DNA of 64,000 nt from an uncultured bacterium (GTDB lineage: Bacteria > Verrucomicrobiota > Lentisphaeria > Victivallales > UBA1829), in the NCBI GenBank assembly GCA_902780135.1, contig CACZEK010000005.1, positions 130,839 to 194,838 on the forward strand, written 5' to 3'. Every line of letters starts with the position of its first letter. Positions within the stretch are counted from its first letter, which is position 1. The notes under the pieces are model-generated. The model had not been told where the DNA came from. It saw only the letters and a program-made list of their open reading frames with translations, and ran no database searches. Shown here piece after piece: positions 1-10,400 of this stretch. A program made the translations under genes and the position numbers.

Positions 1-921
1 GAACTTGTAAAGCGGGATCTGCTTCTCGCCGTTCACGTCGCACTTCGTCATACGCGGGAACGTGGTGCTGTAGCGCGAGGTGCAGAAGGTGTTGATCTCC
101 TCGTCGGAGCCGGGCGCCTGCCCGCCGAACTGGTTGCAGGGGATGTCGATGAGCTCGAAGCCCTTGTCGTGATATTCCTTGTAGAGCTTTTCGAGGCGTT
201 CGTACTGCGGCGTGAACCCGCAGCGCGTGGCGGTGTTCACCACGAGCACGACCCTGCCCTTGAAATCGGCGGTCTTGACGTCCTTGCCGTCCCACGACTT
301 GAGCTCGAACCCATAGAACCCGGACGCCGCCGCATCCTTGGTGACGTCGAGCATGGAGCCGACCCAGTCGGCGATCTCCTTGTCCGCCTCGCGGACGTTC
401 GCGCCGCGGATGGCTTTCGCGGGGAGCACCTTTCCGGCTTTTTCCGCAAGCTTTTTCGCGTCGCGTTCGCAGTTCTGCATGCCGCCGCTGCCGTAGGTGA
501 AGAACGGGATCACGGTCTTGCCCGCGAGGCCGGCGGAGGCAAAGAAGCTTGCCGCCGGGGGCGCGACCGTGCCGAACCAGTTCGGGGAGCCGATGAAGAC
601 GACGTCGTACTTCCGGAAATCGACCGGCTCGTTCGCGAGCTCGACGCGGACGCCGTCGCGGATCTCCTTCTGCGCCTGCGCCAGGCACGCGCTGTAGTCC
701 TTCGGATAGGCGTTCTTCGGCTTGATCTCAAGCAGTTCGCCCCCGGAGGACTTCTGAATCTGCTCCGCGGCGTACTTCGTGTTCCCGGATTCGCTCCAGG
801 AATAGTATGCCACGAGGATACGGCCGGACTTGACGGAAACCTTTTCGGGCGCATCCTGGGCGAACGAGCTGAGCACCGCGAATGCGGCGAACGTAACGGC
901 GATCATCTTCCGGAACGACAT
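1..921 (-). CDS. Exported flavodoxin-like domain fused to glutathione peroxidase (C-terminus runs off the window start)
   Basis: Absent from the ORF track because it is open at the window edge. My translation of the reverse strand from ATG 921-919 gives MSFRKMIAVTFAAFAVLSSFAQ (signal-peptide-like). Flavodoxin_4-like motifs follow (RILVAYYSWSESGNT, YDVVFIGSPNWFG, GKTVIPFFTYGSGG). Then come the GPx motifs VVLVVNTATRCGFTPQYERLEKLY, PCNQFGGQAPG and IPLYKF. Confidence 0.8.
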   Translation of the reverse strand, partial: MSFRKMIAVTFAAFAVLSSFAQDAPEKVSVKSGRILVAYYSWSESGNTKYAAEQIQKSSGGELLEIKPKNAYPKDYSACLAQAQKEIRDGVRVELANEPVDFRKYDVVFIGSPNWFGTVAPPAASFFASAGLAGKTVIPFFTYGSGGMQNCERDAKKLAEKAGKVLPAKAIRGANVREADKEIADWVGSMLDVTKDAAASGFYGFELKSWDGKDVKTADFKGRVVLVVNTATRCGFTPQYERLEKLYKEYHDKGFELIDIPCNQFGGQAPGSDEEINTFCTSRYSTTFPRMTKCDVNGEKQIPLYKF

Positions 922-978
922 AAAAACCTCCTGTTTTGTTTTGTGAAAAAAGATTGCGGCTGTATAGTCGACTAAAAT

Positions 979-1007
979 AATATACTTTCTTTGCGGAAGG
1001 ATTTCAA
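979..1007 (-). promoter_or_regulatory. sigma70-like promoter for the flavodoxin-GPx gene
   Basis: Reverse strand reads TTGAAA (1007-1002), 17-nt spacer, TATATT (984-979), about 55 nt upstream of the ATG at 921. Confidence 0.45.
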
Positions 1008-1127
1008 ATGAAATAGAGAAAAAAGGGCAGCCGGGCCGCGGCGGCGGGACCCGCGCCATCGGCGGCGCACGGCGGAAACGGCATCGCAAACGCGGCGGCG
1101 GTCCGGGAGCGTGGCGTTTTCGGGCGG

Positions 1128-1901
1128 TCAGCGGAAATCGACGGGGCTGTTGCCGTATCCGAGCGAAAGCCCGCGGGCGAGCGCGTCGGAGAGGCGTTCC
1201 TTGGCGCGCCGGATGCTTTCGAGCATGGTCAGGCCGGACGCCAGGCCGCACGCGATGGAGCTGGACAGCAGGCAGCCCGTACCGTGGTTGCCGCACGGGG
1301 ACGCGACGCGGGTCGGAAGCCATGCGCCGTCGCCTTCCCGCGACAGGAAATAATCGTCGAACGAGCCGTCCGTGCGGTGTCCGCCCTTCAGCAGGACGGC
1401 GGTGCGGAAACGTTTTACGAGTTCGCGCGCGGCGGATTCGATTTCGGCAGGCGCGGCGAGCTCCGCCGGATCGCGCCCGAGGAGCTTCGCGGCTTCCGGC
1501 AGATTCGGCGTGAGGAGCGACACGCACGGCGCGAGGATCCCGACGGCTTCCGGCGCGCCGAGCGCGACGCCGCCGGTGGACGCCAGCACGGGGTCGAACA
1601 CGACGTTCCCCGCCCCGAATTCCCGCAGGAGTTCGGCGGTCACACGGGCATGCGCCACGCCCGGCATCGCGCCGATCTTCACGGCGTCCGGGGGGATGTC
1701 GGACAGCACGGCGCAAAGCTGCTGCCCCAGGAATCCCGGATCAATGATCTGCACCCCGGTCACGCCCAGCGTATTCTGCACCGTGAGCGCGGTCGGCGCC
1801 GCCATCCCGTACAGGCCGTGCGCGGTGATGGCGCGCAGGTCCGCCTGGATCCCCGCGCCGCCGCTCGGGTCGGACGCCGCTATGGTGAGCACGGTCTTCA
1901 T
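1128..1901 (-). CDS. thiD: Hydroxymethylpyrimidine / phosphomethylpyrimidine kinase
   Basis: MKTVLTIAASDPSGGAGIQADLRAI..., later GNHGTGCLLSSSIA, typical ThiD. Start moved to the internal ATG at 1901, which overlaps the thiE stop (ATGA). The upstream part of the ORF is Arg-rich junk. Confidence 0.9.
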   Translation of the reverse strand: MKTVLTIAASDPSGGAGIQADLRAITAHGLYGMAAPTALTVQNTLGVTGVQIIDPGFLGQQLCAVLSDIPPDAVKIGAMPGVAHARVTAELLREFGAGNVVFDPVLASTGGVALGAPEAVGILAPCVSLLTPNLPEAAKLLGRDPAELAAPAEIESAARELVKRFRTAVLLKGGHRTDGSFDDYFLSREGDGAWLPTRVASPCGNHGTGCLLSSSIACGLASGLTMLESIRRAKERLSDALARGLSLGYGNSPVDFR

Positions 1902-3166
1902 GATTTGAACCACTCGTCGAGGCGTTTCAGCACGCGGTCCGCTCCGGCGAAATCCGCCTCGGTGAAGAACATGTCGGGCACGCCCGCCGTGCGGAGTCCG
2001 CACGAACGCGCGGTGTCGAGGCAGGCGGGGATGTCGTCGAAGAGCCACGTGGAGCTTCGGCGCGTGCCGAGGCGTTCGAGCGCGGTCCAGTAGAACGCCG
2101 GATCCTTCTTGTCGAGGCCGGTCTCGCCGGTCGTGATGATGTCAAGGAAAAGATCAAGCAGGCCGTCCCGGGCGAGGATGGCTTCGACCGCCTTCCGGTC
2201 GCTGGCGGTGCCGATGACCATGCGGCATCCGCGCCGCCCCGCCTCGCGCAGGAACTCCTCCGCGCCGGGCTTGAGCTCGCACGCCAGATAGCGCGTGTTC
2301 AGCAGATCGAGCAGCCCCTTCATCGTCTCTCCGGGCGTGATCTTCAGTCCGTAATCCCTTTGCAGATACGCCGCGCCGGCGGCCAGGTCGGTGCAGTTCG
2401 CGAGCTGTTCGTCCAGGTCGGGCTTCGGCTCCGCGCCGTTCGCGCGCAGGAAATCCGAGGCGAGGCCCTGCCAGACGCGCATGGAGTCGAGCACGGTGCC
2501 GTCGAAATCGAGGATCATGCCGGTCTCGTCCGGGAGCGTGAAATCCGCGCGGTCCACGAACGATTTGAGCTCGCGCGCCGCCGCTTTCACGTCCGGCGCG
2601 CCGAATATGGCGGACACGACCGAAACGCCCGCGATGCCGCTGTGTTCGAGCTGGAGCAGGTTGCCCGCGTGGATGCCGCCGATGGCGACCGCGGGGATGT
2701 CCGCCGCGCCGCAGATGCCCCGGAGCGCGGTATGCGTCACGCAGGTGGCGTCAAGCTTGGTCGAGGTCGGAAAGACCGCCCCGACGCCGATGTAGTCCGC
2801 GCCGTCCTTCTCCGCCTTGAGCGCCTCCGCCACCGTGGACGCGGAAACGCCCAGGATCGCGTCCGGGCCGAGCGCGCGCCGCGCTTCGCATGCGGCGGTG
2901 TCGCTCTGCCCCACGTGCAGGCCGTCCGCGCCGATCGCCAGCGCGAGCTCGAGCGAATCGTTCACGATGAACGGCACGCCGAACTCGCGGCAGAGCGACC
3001 GGATCGCGAGTGCGTCGGCTTTGGCGGCCTCGAACGACGCGCCTTTCGCGCGGTGCTGGATGCAGGTCGCGCCGCCCTCGAGCGCAAGGCGGACGCGTTC
3101 GATCAGGTCCGGGCCGTCGTCGGTGATGGCGTAGAGTTTGAGGTAGTCATGCCTGGCGGACTTCAT
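1898..3166 (-). CDS. thiE: Thiamine-phosphate synthase fused to a C-terminal HAD-family phosphatase domain
   Basis: N-terminal half is ThiE-like: LYAITDD..., IQHRAK, DGLHVGQSD, GADYIGVGAVFPTSTK, AIGGI. C-terminal half carries the HAD motifs DFDGTVLDS (motif I), IGTASD (II) and LFDDIPAC (IV). Confidence 0.85.
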   Translation of the reverse strand: MKSARHDYLKLYAITDDGPDLIERVRLALEGGATCIQHRAKGASFEAAKADALAIRSLCREFGVPFIVNDSLELALAIGADGLHVGQSDTAACEARRALGPDAILGVSASTVAEALKAEKDGADYIGVGAVFPTSTKLDATCVTHTALRGICGAADIPAVAIGGIHAGNLLQLEHSGIAGVSVVSAIFGAPDVKAAARELKSFVDRADFTLPDETGMILDFDGTVLDSMRVWQGLASDFLRANGAEPKPDLDEQLANCTDLAAGAAYLQRDYGLKITPGETMKGLLDLLNTRYLACELKPGAEEFLREAGRRGCRMVIGTASDRKAVEAILARDGLLDLFLDIITTGETGLDKKDPAFYWTALERLGTRRSSTWLFDDIPACLDTARSCGLRTAGVPDMFFTEADFAGADRVLKRLDEWFKS

Positions 3167-3974
3167 AATCGAGCCTTTCGTGGAGCGTGGTGACGTCCAG
3201 GTTGCCGACGGCGTCGAAGAGGCGCACCGCGAACGTGCCGCATCCTTCGCCCGGCTTCAGGGATTCGTAGGCGAGCTCTCCACAGACGCCGTATGCGGCG
3301 AGCGCGGCGGCGATCGCTTCGAACTGGAATTTCGGTTCGGCTCCGGCGTACGCCGCGGCCAGGGTGGACAGCATGCAGCCGGACCCCGTGACCTTCGTCA
3401 TGATCTCGTGGCCGCCGCGGATGACCGCGACGCGTCCGTCCGTGCCGCCGACGAGGTCGATCGAGCCGGTCACGGCAAACACGCAGTTGAACTTGGCGGC
3501 AAGCGCGCGGACGTCCTCCACGGCGCGGTCGAGCGTCTCCTCCGTGATCGCGTCGTCCGCCGAGGCGTCGACGCCGCGCGTGGCGCTCTTCAGCCCGAGC
3601 AGGGCGTTCGCCTCGGACCGGTTGCAGCGCACCACGGAGACGCCGCGCTTCAGAATCTCGAGCGAAAGCTCCGTGCGGGACGGCGCGCAGCCCGTGCCGA
3701 CCGGGTCGAGCAGGACCGGAATGCCGCGGCGGAGCGCGACCTCCTGCGCGCCACGGATGGCGTCGCGGAAGGTGGGCGTGAACGTGCCGATGTTGATGGA
3801 AAGCGCGTCGGCTTTCTCCGTAAATTCGATCGCGCCGACCGGATCGTCCGCCATGACGGGCGAGGCCCCGGCGGCAAGCAGCATGTTCGCGCAGCCGTTC
3901 GTGGTGACGACGTTCGCGAAGCATTCGACGAGCGGGCGTTTCTCCCGCACGCGTGAAAAACAGCGGATCAGCAT
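3147..3974 (-). CDS. thiM: Hydroxyethylthiazole kinase
   Basis: PLVECFANVVTTNGCANMLLAAGASPVMADDP, LSINIGT, VLLDPVG and VTGSGCMLSTLAAAY are ThiM hallmarks. It lies between thiC and thiE. Confidence 0.9.
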   Translation of the reverse strand: MLIRCFSRVREKRPLVECFANVVTTNGCANMLLAAGASPVMADDPVGAIEFTEKADALSINIGTFTPTFRDAIRGAQEVALRRGIPVLLDPVGTGCAPSRTELSLEILKRGVSVVRCNRSEANALLGLKSATRGVDASADDAITEETLDRAVEDVRALAAKFNCVFAVTGSIDLVGGTDGRVAVIRGGHEIMTKVTGSGCMLSTLAAAYAGAEPKFQFEAIAAALAAYGVCGELAYESLKPGEGCGTFAVRLFDAVGNLDVTTLHERLDYEVRQA

Positions 3975-3983
3975 GGCGTCACC

Positions 3984-5291
3984 TCATTTACTCATTTCTT
4001 TGAGCTTGTTCGAGAGGCGGACGGAGCAGAAGTCCGGGCCGCACATCGTGCAGTATTTGCCGGACGCGGCGTCCTCGGCGCAATGGCTCTCCTGAAGCGC
4101 GGCGCGGCGGTATTCGCGGGCGCGGTCCGGGTCGAGCGCGAATCCGAACTGGCGTTCCCAGTCGAAGTCGGCGCGGGCGTCGGAAATGGCGTCGTCGCGT
4201 TCCTGCGCGTGCGGCTTTCCGAGCGCGACGTCGGCTGCATGGGCGGCGATTTTGAACGCCACCACGCCGCGGCGCACGTCCTCGTTGTCCGGGAGTCCGA
4301 GGTGTTCCTTCGGCGTCACGTAGCAGAGCATCGCCGCGCCCCAGTACGCGCCGGCGAGGCCGCCCATCGCGGCGACCATGTGGTCGTAGCCGGGCGCGCA
4401 GTCGGTGACGACCGGGCCGAGGATGTAGAACGGCGCGTCGCCGCACACTTCCTGCTCGCGCTTCATGTTCATCTCGATCTGGTTGAACGGCACGTGGCCG
4501 GGGCCTTCGACCATCGCCTGGACGTTCGCCGCGCGGCAGCGCCGCACCAGCTCGCCGATCACGTCGAGCTCGCCGAACTGCGCCTCGTCGGAGGCGTCGG
4601 CGATGCAGCCGGGCCGGAGCCCGTCGCCGAGGGAGAGCGTCACCTCGTAGTCGCGGCAGATCTTCAGGATGTCGTCGAACGCGTCGTAGAACGGGTTCTC
4701 CATCTTGTGGTCGCCGATCCAGGCGGCGATGAGCGCGCCGCCGCGGCTGACGATGCCGAGCTTGCGCTTCAGCGCGGCGGGGATGTGCTTCCTGAGCAGT
4801 CCGGCGTGGATGGTCATGTAGTCCACGCCCTGCTTCGCCTGGTCCTCCACGACCTCCAGGATCGTGTCGCGGGTGAACTTTCCGGCGCCCGCGCGTGCGG
4901 CGATCTCGTAGACCGGCACGGTGCCGACCGGGATCGGGGACTGTTTGATGAGCTCCTTGCGGAAGAGCGCCAGGTCGCCGCGGGTGCTGAGGTCCATGAT
5001 GGTGTCCGCGCCGTACTTGAGGGAGGTCTCGAGCTTTTCGAACTCGTTTTTCGGGCAGCTGGACGTCTGGGAGTTGCCGATGTTGGAATTGATCTTGGTG
5101 CGGAGGGCGCGGCCGATGCCCATCGGCTTCAGGCTGGTGTGGTTCACGTTCGCGGGGATCACGATCGTGCCGGCTGCGACGCCGTCGCGGATGAACTCCG
5201 GCGAAAGGTATTCCGAGGCGGCCACAGCCGCCATTTCGGGTGTTACGACGCCTTGCTTCGCGGCGTCCATCTGGGTCATGTCTGCTTTCAT
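3984..5291 (-). CDS. thiC: Phosphomethylpyrimidine synthase (radical SAM)
   Basis: IRTKINSNIGNS, ADTIMDLSTRG, VPVYE, YMTIHAG and the C-terminal CTMCGPDFCS cluster. I prefer the start at ATG 5291, preceded by AAGGAG. The longer ORF start at 5336 would overlap the riboswitch. Confidence 0.93.
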   Translation of the reverse strand: MKADMTQMDAAKQGVVTPEMAAVAASEYLSPEFIRDGVAAGTIVIPANVNHTSLKPMGIGRALRTKINSNIGNSQTSSCPKNEFEKLETSLKYGADTIMDLSTRGDLALFRKELIKQSPIPVGTVPVYEIAARAGAGKFTRDTILEVVEDQAKQGVDYMTIHAGLLRKHIPAALKRKLGIVSRGGALIAAWIGDHKMENPFYDAFDDILKICRDYEVTLSLGDGLRPGCIADASDEAQFGELDVIGELVRRCRAANVQAMVEGPGHVPFNQIEMNMKREQEVCGDAPFYILGPVVTDCAPGYDHMVAAMGGLAGAYWGAAMLCYVTPKEHLGLPDNEDVRRGVVAFKIAAHAADVALGKPHAQERDDAISDARADFDWERQFGFALDPDRAREYRRAALQESHCAEDAASGKYCTMCGPDFCSVRLSNKLKEMSK

Positions 5292-5334
5292 GCGGGACTC
5301 CTTGTCGTTGTTGAGCAGGAAAGCATCCATCGGC

Positions 5335-5447
5335 AAATCCCTGCGCCGGCATGATCCGGATCAGGTCTCATGCGCCGTGCCCGGCGCATACGGGTCGAAG
5401 CCCTTTCCGGCTTCCTCTCAGCCCGCCTCGGCGGACTCCCCTGCTCA
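5335..5447 (-). promoter_or_regulatory. TPP (THI-box) riboswitch controlling the thiC operon
   Basis: Reverse strand reads ...CAGGGGAGUCCGCCGAGGCGGGCUGAGAGGAAGCC...GACCCGUAUGCG...GAGACCUGAUCCGGAUCAUGCCGGCGCAGGGA. This contains the invariant CUGAGA and ACCUGAUCNGGNUNAUNCCNGCG...AGGGA cores, immediately 5' of thiC. Confidence 0.88.
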
Positions 5448-5474
5448 TGTGGTATGTTTGATGTTTAATTGAGT

Positions 5475-7214
5475 TCAGTTCGCGATCGAGTCGGTCGACT
5501 CCTTCTGATGGTTCCGGAAACTGCCGGGCTGCGGATAGAGGAGGCGTTCGTCGAGCGCAAAGACCCACCCCTCCTCCTCGCCGGGCTCCACATACGATTT
5601 CACGATCTTCCAGCCGTGTTCATAGAGATAGGACGCCTGGGCGACGCGGGGCCAGAGCAGCACGGCGTACTTCGAGCCGAACGCCCTGTAGACGTCCTCC
5701 GGGTACGGGTCGCCGCCGAGGCCGGGCGTGGTCGAGGTCAGCAGCAGCGTGCGCCGGGGATCGCGCGAATACGAGAACATCGGGTCCATGCCCCATTGCC
5801 ACAGGTGGTCCTGGTCGTTGTAGAAAAGCGCGGGGAAATCGCTCCAGTCCAGGTTGACGACCGGACGGCCCGCGGGCACATTTTCCCGCAGGAACGCAGT
5901 GATCTTCGGCAGCGGCTGGACCAGGACCCGGGGACATTCCTTTCTGAAATAATGCGAGGAATGGACGCCCATTACGACCGACAGCGCGGCCAGCAGGCAC
6001 GGCACGCCCCATTTGAACCGGCTCAGCGGCAGGCGGAATCCTTCGCGGGTCATGTGCTCCAGCAGGAGCAGGAACGCGATCGCGGCGAACGGGCCGGCGT
6101 ATTCCACGGTGCGCGCCGCCACGAGGATGCCGGCGGTAAATCCGCACGCAAAGACCGTGACCGCGATGACGTTCGGGTCGATCTTCCGCAGCCCTTTCCG
6201 TTCGACCAGGCGAATGAACATCATCAGGATGCACCACGCCATGAGGTAGAGCGGGGCGACGGTCCTGTTGAACCCGAAGCGCGGCGGGAGCATTTCGCTC
6301 GGTTTCGTGAGGCGGACGCCCGCCATCATGGGGGCGATCAGGGCGTCCCACGACTGCACCTTCCAGATGATGAACGAATTCGGGAACTGCGGATGGAGCG
6401 TGAGCCCGAGCAGCACGCCGCCGAGCGACAGGACCGGCAGCCAGAGCTCGCGCCAGCCGCCGCTCTTCAGCCGCGTCACGGCGAACACCAGCGGCACGAT
6501 CACGATGAAATGCGGGTTCGAATAACTCCATGCGAAGCAGAACGACAGCACGCCGACCACGGTCAGGCGGAACCGGAAGGAGCCCTTCGCCAGAAGCCCG
6601 GCCGTGAACGTCAGAAACGCGATGGACAGGAGATGCGGACGCAGCACCGAGAGGCGGAACGTGTAGTTCGGCACGATGACCGAGAAGAGCGGCGCCCCGG
6701 ACAGCAGATACAGCGGACGCACCCCGAGCCGGCGCGCGGCGAAGAGGCACCCCAGGATCGCCAGCCCGGAATAAAACAGCGCGGCCGCGTGGAACGGCGG
6801 TTCCAGGGCGGCGCCGAACGCCTTCTCCACGGCGAAAATGACGTTCAGCCCGGCGTGGTACAGCAGCTCCTTGTCCGCGAAACGGTCCTTCCACACGGAC
6901 ATCTGCGTCCAGGGAAACTCCTTCGCCGCATACACGCCCGGACCGAGCTTCGCCATCATCGCGTGGTACAGCGCGTCCTGCGAATTCTCGCCCGACTTCA
7001 TCACGCAGACGCGGAGAAGCCCCAGCCACGCAAACGGGATCAGGAACGCGAACACGAGCATGACGCGGCCGGCGCGGCCGATCCCGGCACGGGGACGCGC
7101 GGACGCCTCCGGAGCCGGAGCTCCGGCGGGCGCATTCCCTGCCGTCTGCGTCTGGGGCTGAAGCGTGTCCTGGGGATTCACGAACGGGTCCTTTCCCTGA
7201 TGCGGGGCTTTCAT
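5475..7214 (-). CDS. Polytopic membrane protein, possibly GT-C-fold glycosyltransferase-like; function unknown
   Basis: 579-aa ORF with a Pro/Ala/Gln-rich N-terminus, at least 10 hydrophobic helices and a C-terminal soluble domain. Start ambiguous (7214, or internal ATG 7061). Confidence 0.7.
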   Translation of the reverse strand: MKAPHQGKDPFVNPQDTLQPQTQTAGNAPAGAPAPEASARPRAGIGRAGRVMLVFAFLIPFAWLGLLRVCVMKSGENSQDALYHAMMAKLGPGVYAAKEFPWTQMSVWKDRFADKELLYHAGLNVIFAVEKAFGAALEPPFHAAALFYSGLAILGCLFAARRLGVRPLYLLSGAPLFSVIVPNYTFRLSVLRPHLLSIAFLTFTAGLLAKGSFRFRLTVVGVLSFCFAWSYSNPHFIVIVPLVFAVTRLKSGGWRELWLPVLSLGGVLLGLTLHPQFPNSFIIWKVQSWDALIAPMMAGVRLTKPSEMLPPRFGFNRTVAPLYLMAWCILMMFIRLVERKGLRKIDPNVIAVTVFACGFTAGILVAARTVEYAGPFAAIAFLLLLEHMTREGFRLPLSRFKWGVPCLLAALSVVMGVHSSHYFRKECPRVLVQPLPKITAFLRENVPAGRPVVNLDWSDFPALFYNDQDHLWQWGMDPMFSYSRDPRRTLLLTSTTPGLGGDPYPEDVYRAFGSKYAVLLWPRVAQASYLYEHGWKIVKSYVEPGEEEGWVFALDERLLYPQPGSFRNHQKESTDSIAN

Positions 7215-7485
7215 TCAGTTTTGCGGATGCCCGGCATGCGGGCGAAAAACAATATCTTAATAAAATACAGCCGGAACGGCGGAACTTCAACCGGAAAGCG
7301 GAAGATATTCTCTTTTTTCTTGGAAATGAGAGGCGGCCGGATTCCGTTCCCCGCGGGATCGCACCGGGCGATGCAGAAAAATATGAAAAAAACAATCAAA
7401 AACCTGTTGAAAAAACACTGGCAGGGATGTAAATTACTTTTCGGGAAAAGATAACAAGGTATCCCCGTCTTCCGTTTCACACGCC

Positions 7486-10400
7486 ATGTCAATCTCTTTC
7501 AGCATCATAAAACTCTTTCTCCTCAAGGGATTTCCGTCCTTCCGCACGGGACGGCGCATTCTCCTTTTCCCGATTCTCCTGATGATTGCCGCCGCGCCGG
7601 CGTTCGCGCAGGATGAGGACGAGGAGGAGGAAGCCGTTTTCGAGGAGCAGCCGGAACCGGCGGGCCGGCAGACCGTCGCGGACACCGGGACGCATTCGCG
7701 CGACGTGTTCATCCTTTTCCCGTTCACGGCCTCCTATGCGGAGCACGTCTTCATTTCGAACGCCATTTCGAAGCACGTTGCCACGCTGGACGATTCCTAC
7801 GTGATGAAGCAGAAGGAATTCAACATCCTGGACACCTCGCAGGAAGAGATCCGGCAGCGATTCAACGAACTGAAACCCGAGCTGGACAACGGGAAGGCCG
7901 CCGCCGTGATCTGCATCGGGCAGGAGTTCCTGCCGCTTCTGGCGCGGAACGGCGACCTGATCCCGGAGGACGTCCCGGTTCTGCTTTACACCGAGAAGAA
8001 GCCGGAGGAAACCGAGCTCGGCCGCAAGAACATCGGCGGCGTGATCCTGGAAAGCCCGGTTGAAAGATCGCTCGACCTGATCTTCCAGGTATTCCCCGAC
8101 ACGAAGCGCATCATCCCGCTTGCCGGACGCACGGAAACCGGCAGGGAGTACATCCGGGAAGTGGAGGAAATCCTGGCGAAGTCGCATCCCGGCGTGGAGT
8201 GCCTGGTCATCGACAACCGCAGCGTCGATACGCCCGAAATGATCCGGCGCGTGAGCGAATCCGGCAAGGGATCCGCCGTGCTGTTCCATTCGTGGTACGG
8301 ATTCGACGCCATGAACCTGGTCTCCCTGTCGTTCTTCATGGAGCGCCTCTGCCTCAATCCCGACGTGCCGGTCTTCGCCGTGAACGACTCGATGTTCGCG
8401 TATCCCGTCGCGGGCGGCGTGATTTGCCCGTCCGATGCGGCGATCGAAAAGCTGATCGGCCTGCTTGACCAGGCTTTGACGACCGGCATCGACCTGAACG
8501 CGGCATGGGAAACGGTCGAGGGCAAACGCATCATCACCGCCAGCAGTTTCCAGCGGTTCGGGATCAGCCGCCGCACCAACTCGAACAATCTGGTCGTGGG
8601 CATGGATTCGCAGTCGATGTTCCGCCGCGAAAACGCATACGCCCTGGTCGCCGTGACTTTCTCCGTGGTCCTGACCATCGCCCTGCTCGGCTATATCGTC
8701 GTCTGGGACCATTACCGCCGGCGCCTCCTGAAGCTGCTCCGAGCCATTTTCAAGCAGATCCCGAGCCGGATCGTCGTCGGCAGCCGCAACGGCATCGCGC
8801 ACTTCATCCACCTGGGCAAGTTCGGCGAGGGAAGCGGCGTCGTCCATTTCCCCGTGAGCGAGCTCCCGGAATACGCGGACGAGACGTTCCGGCATGCCTG
8901 GGACGAGGTTTTCGCGACCGGAGAGACGCAGAAATTCCAGATGGCAACGGGCAGCCGGCACCGCGCCGTGGAAATGGCGCTCTTCGAAGACAAAGACATA
9001 TTCGGGCACGAGACGGCGTTCTGGATCTCCCACGACGTAGAGGAACTCCTGCAGGCACAGAACGAGCTGAAGGCGGGCCTTGAAAACCAGAAAAAGCTGA
9101 ACGATCTTTTCGACGCCTCGCTGAAAAAGCTTTCCGCGGACGCCACCGCGGTCGACATGACCAACGACGTGCTGTCCCTTATCGTCCGCAGCGTGAAGGA
9201 ACACATGAAGGCGGACTACTGCTGCATCATGCGGTACAATTACGAAAAGAACGGCATGGAGATCTTCGTCAGCGAGACTTCCGACAAGCTGTCGGTCGAC
9301 GAGAAGAAGCATTTCATCCCGTTCCCGGAGAAGAAGGACGACAAGCTGATGGCGCGCCTGCAGAACCGCATGCCGGTCGTGCTGAACGACTTCACCGCAT
9401 CGCTCTTCATGAGGCCGGAAGACGCGGAACAGCCCGACAACAAACGTCCGAAAAAGGTCAGCATGTGCTTCTCGCCGGTCTTCATCGACGGCAAGCTCTG
9501 GGGACATCTTACCGCCGTTTACCGGAAGGCAAAGCACGAATTCTCCGACCAGTATCTGCAGTTCCTCCAGGGCACGGCGCACGTCGTGGAAGCCATGCTC
9601 GAATACCGCTTCATCCACTCCAAGCTCGAACGCGGCGAATACGAAAAGCAGCTTATCATGGAAAACCTGCCGCTGCCGCTGATCCTGCTGGACCGCGAGC
9701 TCAACCTGATCCAGAGGAACTCCGCGGCGCAGAAGGACCTGCTGGATTTCCCGGATTCCCTCAGGAACAAGCTCTGCCACACGGTCTTCTGCAAGGCGGG
9801 CGCCCCGCCGGAGGACTGCCCCGTCCGCGGCGTCCTGGCCGACCACAAGCCGCACGTGAAATCGCTGGAGTTCGGCGGCAAGGACTATATGGTCCACGCC
9901 TACCCGATCCTGATCGGCGGCGAGCTCGCGAACATCCTGCTGGCATGGTTCGACATGACCGCCGAAAACGAGACCCAGCGCAAACTCGAGACCGCGCTCC
10001 GCGAGGCGAAGGACGCCAGCAAGGCGAAGAGCCTCTTCCTCGCCTCCATGAGCCACGAGCTCCGCACGCCGCTGAACGCCGTGATCGGATTCTGCGAGCT
10101 GCTGCAGAACAACGCGCTTTCGAGGGAAAGCCAGCTCGAATATCTCAAATCCATCTCCGTCGCGGGCCATACCCTGCTGGACCTCATCAGCAACATCCTC
10201 GACACATGCAAGCTCGAAACCGAACAGATCGAGCTTCAGAACGAGAAGACCGACGTCCACAAGATCCTGACCGACATGGTCGGCATGTTCAAGTCGCTGG
10301 CCGAGAAAAAGCAGCTCGCGCAGCCGCTGGTGATGCCGGACGACATGCCGTTCGTGGTGCTGGACCGCATGCGCCTGCGCCAGGTGCTGGTGAACCTGCT

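Noticed and set aside
169-975. 268-aa plus-strand ORF at the window start
   Set aside because: It is antisense to the flavodoxin-GPx gene, whose motifs (ATRCGFTPQY, FIGSPNWFG) are unambiguous on the minus strand.
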